Source: Terriglobia bacterium (lineage in GTDB: Bacteria; Acidobacteriota; Terriglobia; 20CM-2-55-15). Taken from it: a stretch of DNA of 64,000 nt. Shown piece by piece: positions 62,666-64,000 of the stretch (positions are counted from its first letter, which is position 1; the number at the start of each line of letters is the position of its first letter). Location: contig CBDCLE010000010.1 of NCBI GenBank assembly GCA_965218585.1, forward strand, positions 32,001 through 96,000, written 5' to 3'. A program made the position numbers and the translations under genes. The notes under the pieces are model-generated. The model made no database searches. It was given only the letters and a program-made list of their open reading frames with translations, and was not told where the DNA came from.

Positions 62666-64000
62666 GAGTTATTGTCAAAAGTGGTGTTTTGCCGATTGAC
62701 TCAAGCGGCGGCCTGATCGACGTGGGTCACTTCGATTCCATCGTTGAATTTCACTCCAGTAATCACCTTGGGCAGATCATCGAATCCTCGTAATCGTCGC
62801 CAGTTCTTTTGAGCGCACTGTCCCAGTTTGAACATCATGTGCAGCATGCCAACCCGCGTCAGGCAACCCCTGGATCGCTTGGTTCGGTGGCGAATGGTAG
62901 CAAAGGTCGACTCAATGGGATTGGTCGTTCGGATGCTCTGCCAGTGCTTGGCCGGGAAGTTGAAGAAGGCCAGCAGTTCTTCTTTGTCTTTCTGGAGGCA
63001 GCGAGTGGCTTTCGGATACTTCGGCTCATAGGTTTCAATGAACAGATCGAATGCCTTCTCGGCGTCTGCCTGTGTCTGAGCCCGCCAGATCGCGTGCAAA
63101 GCCTGTTTCGCCTTCGCCTGGGCCGACTTCGGGAGCCCGTTCAGTACGTTCATGGTCTTGTGCATCCAGCAACGTTGGTGACGTGTCTCGGGATAGATTT
63201 CCTCCAGTGCGGCCCAGAATCCCATCGCACCGTCTCCGATGGCCAACTTCGGGATATTCATCCCACGCGACTTCAGCTTTAACAAGACCTCGCGCCAACT
63301 CTGTGTCGATTCCCGGACACCGTCTTCGATTGCCAGAAAACGTTTCTCTCCGCGTTGATTCGCGCCGATCACCACCAGTGCGCACAACTTGGTTTCTTCG
63401 GCCCGCAGTCCGCTGTAGATACCGTCGGCCCAGACATAGACCCAGCGATCGGCATCCAATCGCTCCTCGCATCCCCGGCGGTACTGCTCGGCCCAGACCT
63501 GTTTCAACCGCGATACCGTGCTCGCCGACAGGCCCTGCGCCTGGGGTCCGACAAGAACTTTTAGAGCGTCACCCATCTCGCCGCTGGAGACGCCTTTCAA
63601 ATACAACCACGGCACCGCTGCTTCCAGCGATTTCGTTTTCCGAATGTAGGGAGGTACCAGGGCCGACCGGAACGTTACCGGGTCGCCAGTCTTCGCTCGG
63701 ACTTTCGGGATCTGGACCGTTACCGGCCCCAAACCGGTCTGCAGTTCACGTTCAGGCAGATAACCGTTGCGCACCACCCCGGCGTTGCCCGTCTCGGTTC
63801 TCCGATCGCCGTGGTGGGATAGCAGTTCCGCCAATTCGGTTTCCACCGCGCGTTGGATCAGTTGCTGAGCTCCAACTCGTAGTAGCTCTGTTATCGGATC
63901 CTCAATCGTCTCTCGACCCTCCGGTCCATTCACGTTACTCTTGCTCATAGTGGCGTATCTCCCTTGGTTGCTTTGAAGTCTGGTAAACAACAAATCAACC
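62666..64000 (-). mobile_element. IS256-family IS (other end outside window)
   Basis: IS256-like terminal sequence GAGTTATTGTCAAAAGTGGTGT at 62666-62687 next to the transposase stop. Confidence 0.88.
62701..63948 (-). CDS. IS256 family transposase
   Basis: RNGYLPER, WADGIY, IGDGAMGFW, QRCWMHK and RTTNPIES. Confidence 0.95.
   Translation of the reverse strand: MSKSNVNGPEGRETIEDPITELLRVGAQQLIQRAVETELAELLSHHGDRRTETGNAGVVRNGYLPERELQTGLGPVTVQIPKVRAKTGDPVTFRSALVPPYIRKTKSLEAAVPWLYLKGVSSGEMGDALKVLVGPQAQGLSASTVSRLKQVWAEQYRRGCEERLDADRWVYVWADGIYSGLRAEETKLCALVVIGANQRGEKRFLAIEDGVRESTQSWREVLLKLKSRGMNIPKLAIGDGAMGFWAALEEIYPETRHQRCWMHKTMNVLNGLPKSAQAKAKQALHAIWRAQTQADAEKAFDLFIETYEPKYPKATRCLQKDKEELLAFFNFPAKHWQSIRTTNPIESTFATIRHRTKRSRGCLTRVGMLHMMFKLGQCAQKNWRRLRGFDDLPKVITGVKFNDGIEVTHVDQAAA

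Overview
A chromosomal 64 kb segment from a moderately GC-rich diderm bacterium. The gene content suggests Acidobacteriota (inference): a carboxypeptidase-regulatory/TonB-dependent receptor, a fused LptF-LptG, a DUF1549/1553 + DUF1501 pair and glyQ/glyS. Both ends lie inside insertion sequences (IS21 on the left, IS256 on the right), and each interrupts a host gene. The core is mostly housekeeping: moaA, dapE-like-dapB-dapA-dapD, cyaY, ccdA, thiD, xerD, murJ, lpxD, recO-glyQ-glyS and tRNA-Gln(CTG). Main observations that the ORF track does not show: (1) a UGA-recoded Rdx/SelW-type selenoprotein with a well-placed SECIS-like hairpin; (2) a dispersed ~200-240 nt intergenic element with compensatory base changes and two CAGGAUG-capped hairpins, present as two full copies and one partial copy; (3) four mobile elements stacked end to end at CTAG sites starting at a stop codon (MITE-A, MITE-B and a tandem IS1182-family dimer), plus a second MITE-A at another stop-codon CTAG; (4) a Fur regulator fused to a rubrerythrin-like di-iron domain, heading a receptor/permease operon; (5) an MBL hydrolase-REC-cNMP-GGDEF signalling protein with a C13 tract and a frameshift; (6) a hidden 49-aa ORF coupled to an amidase; (7) four genes broken by single lesions. 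All family calls come from recognising motifs by eye; no searches were run.
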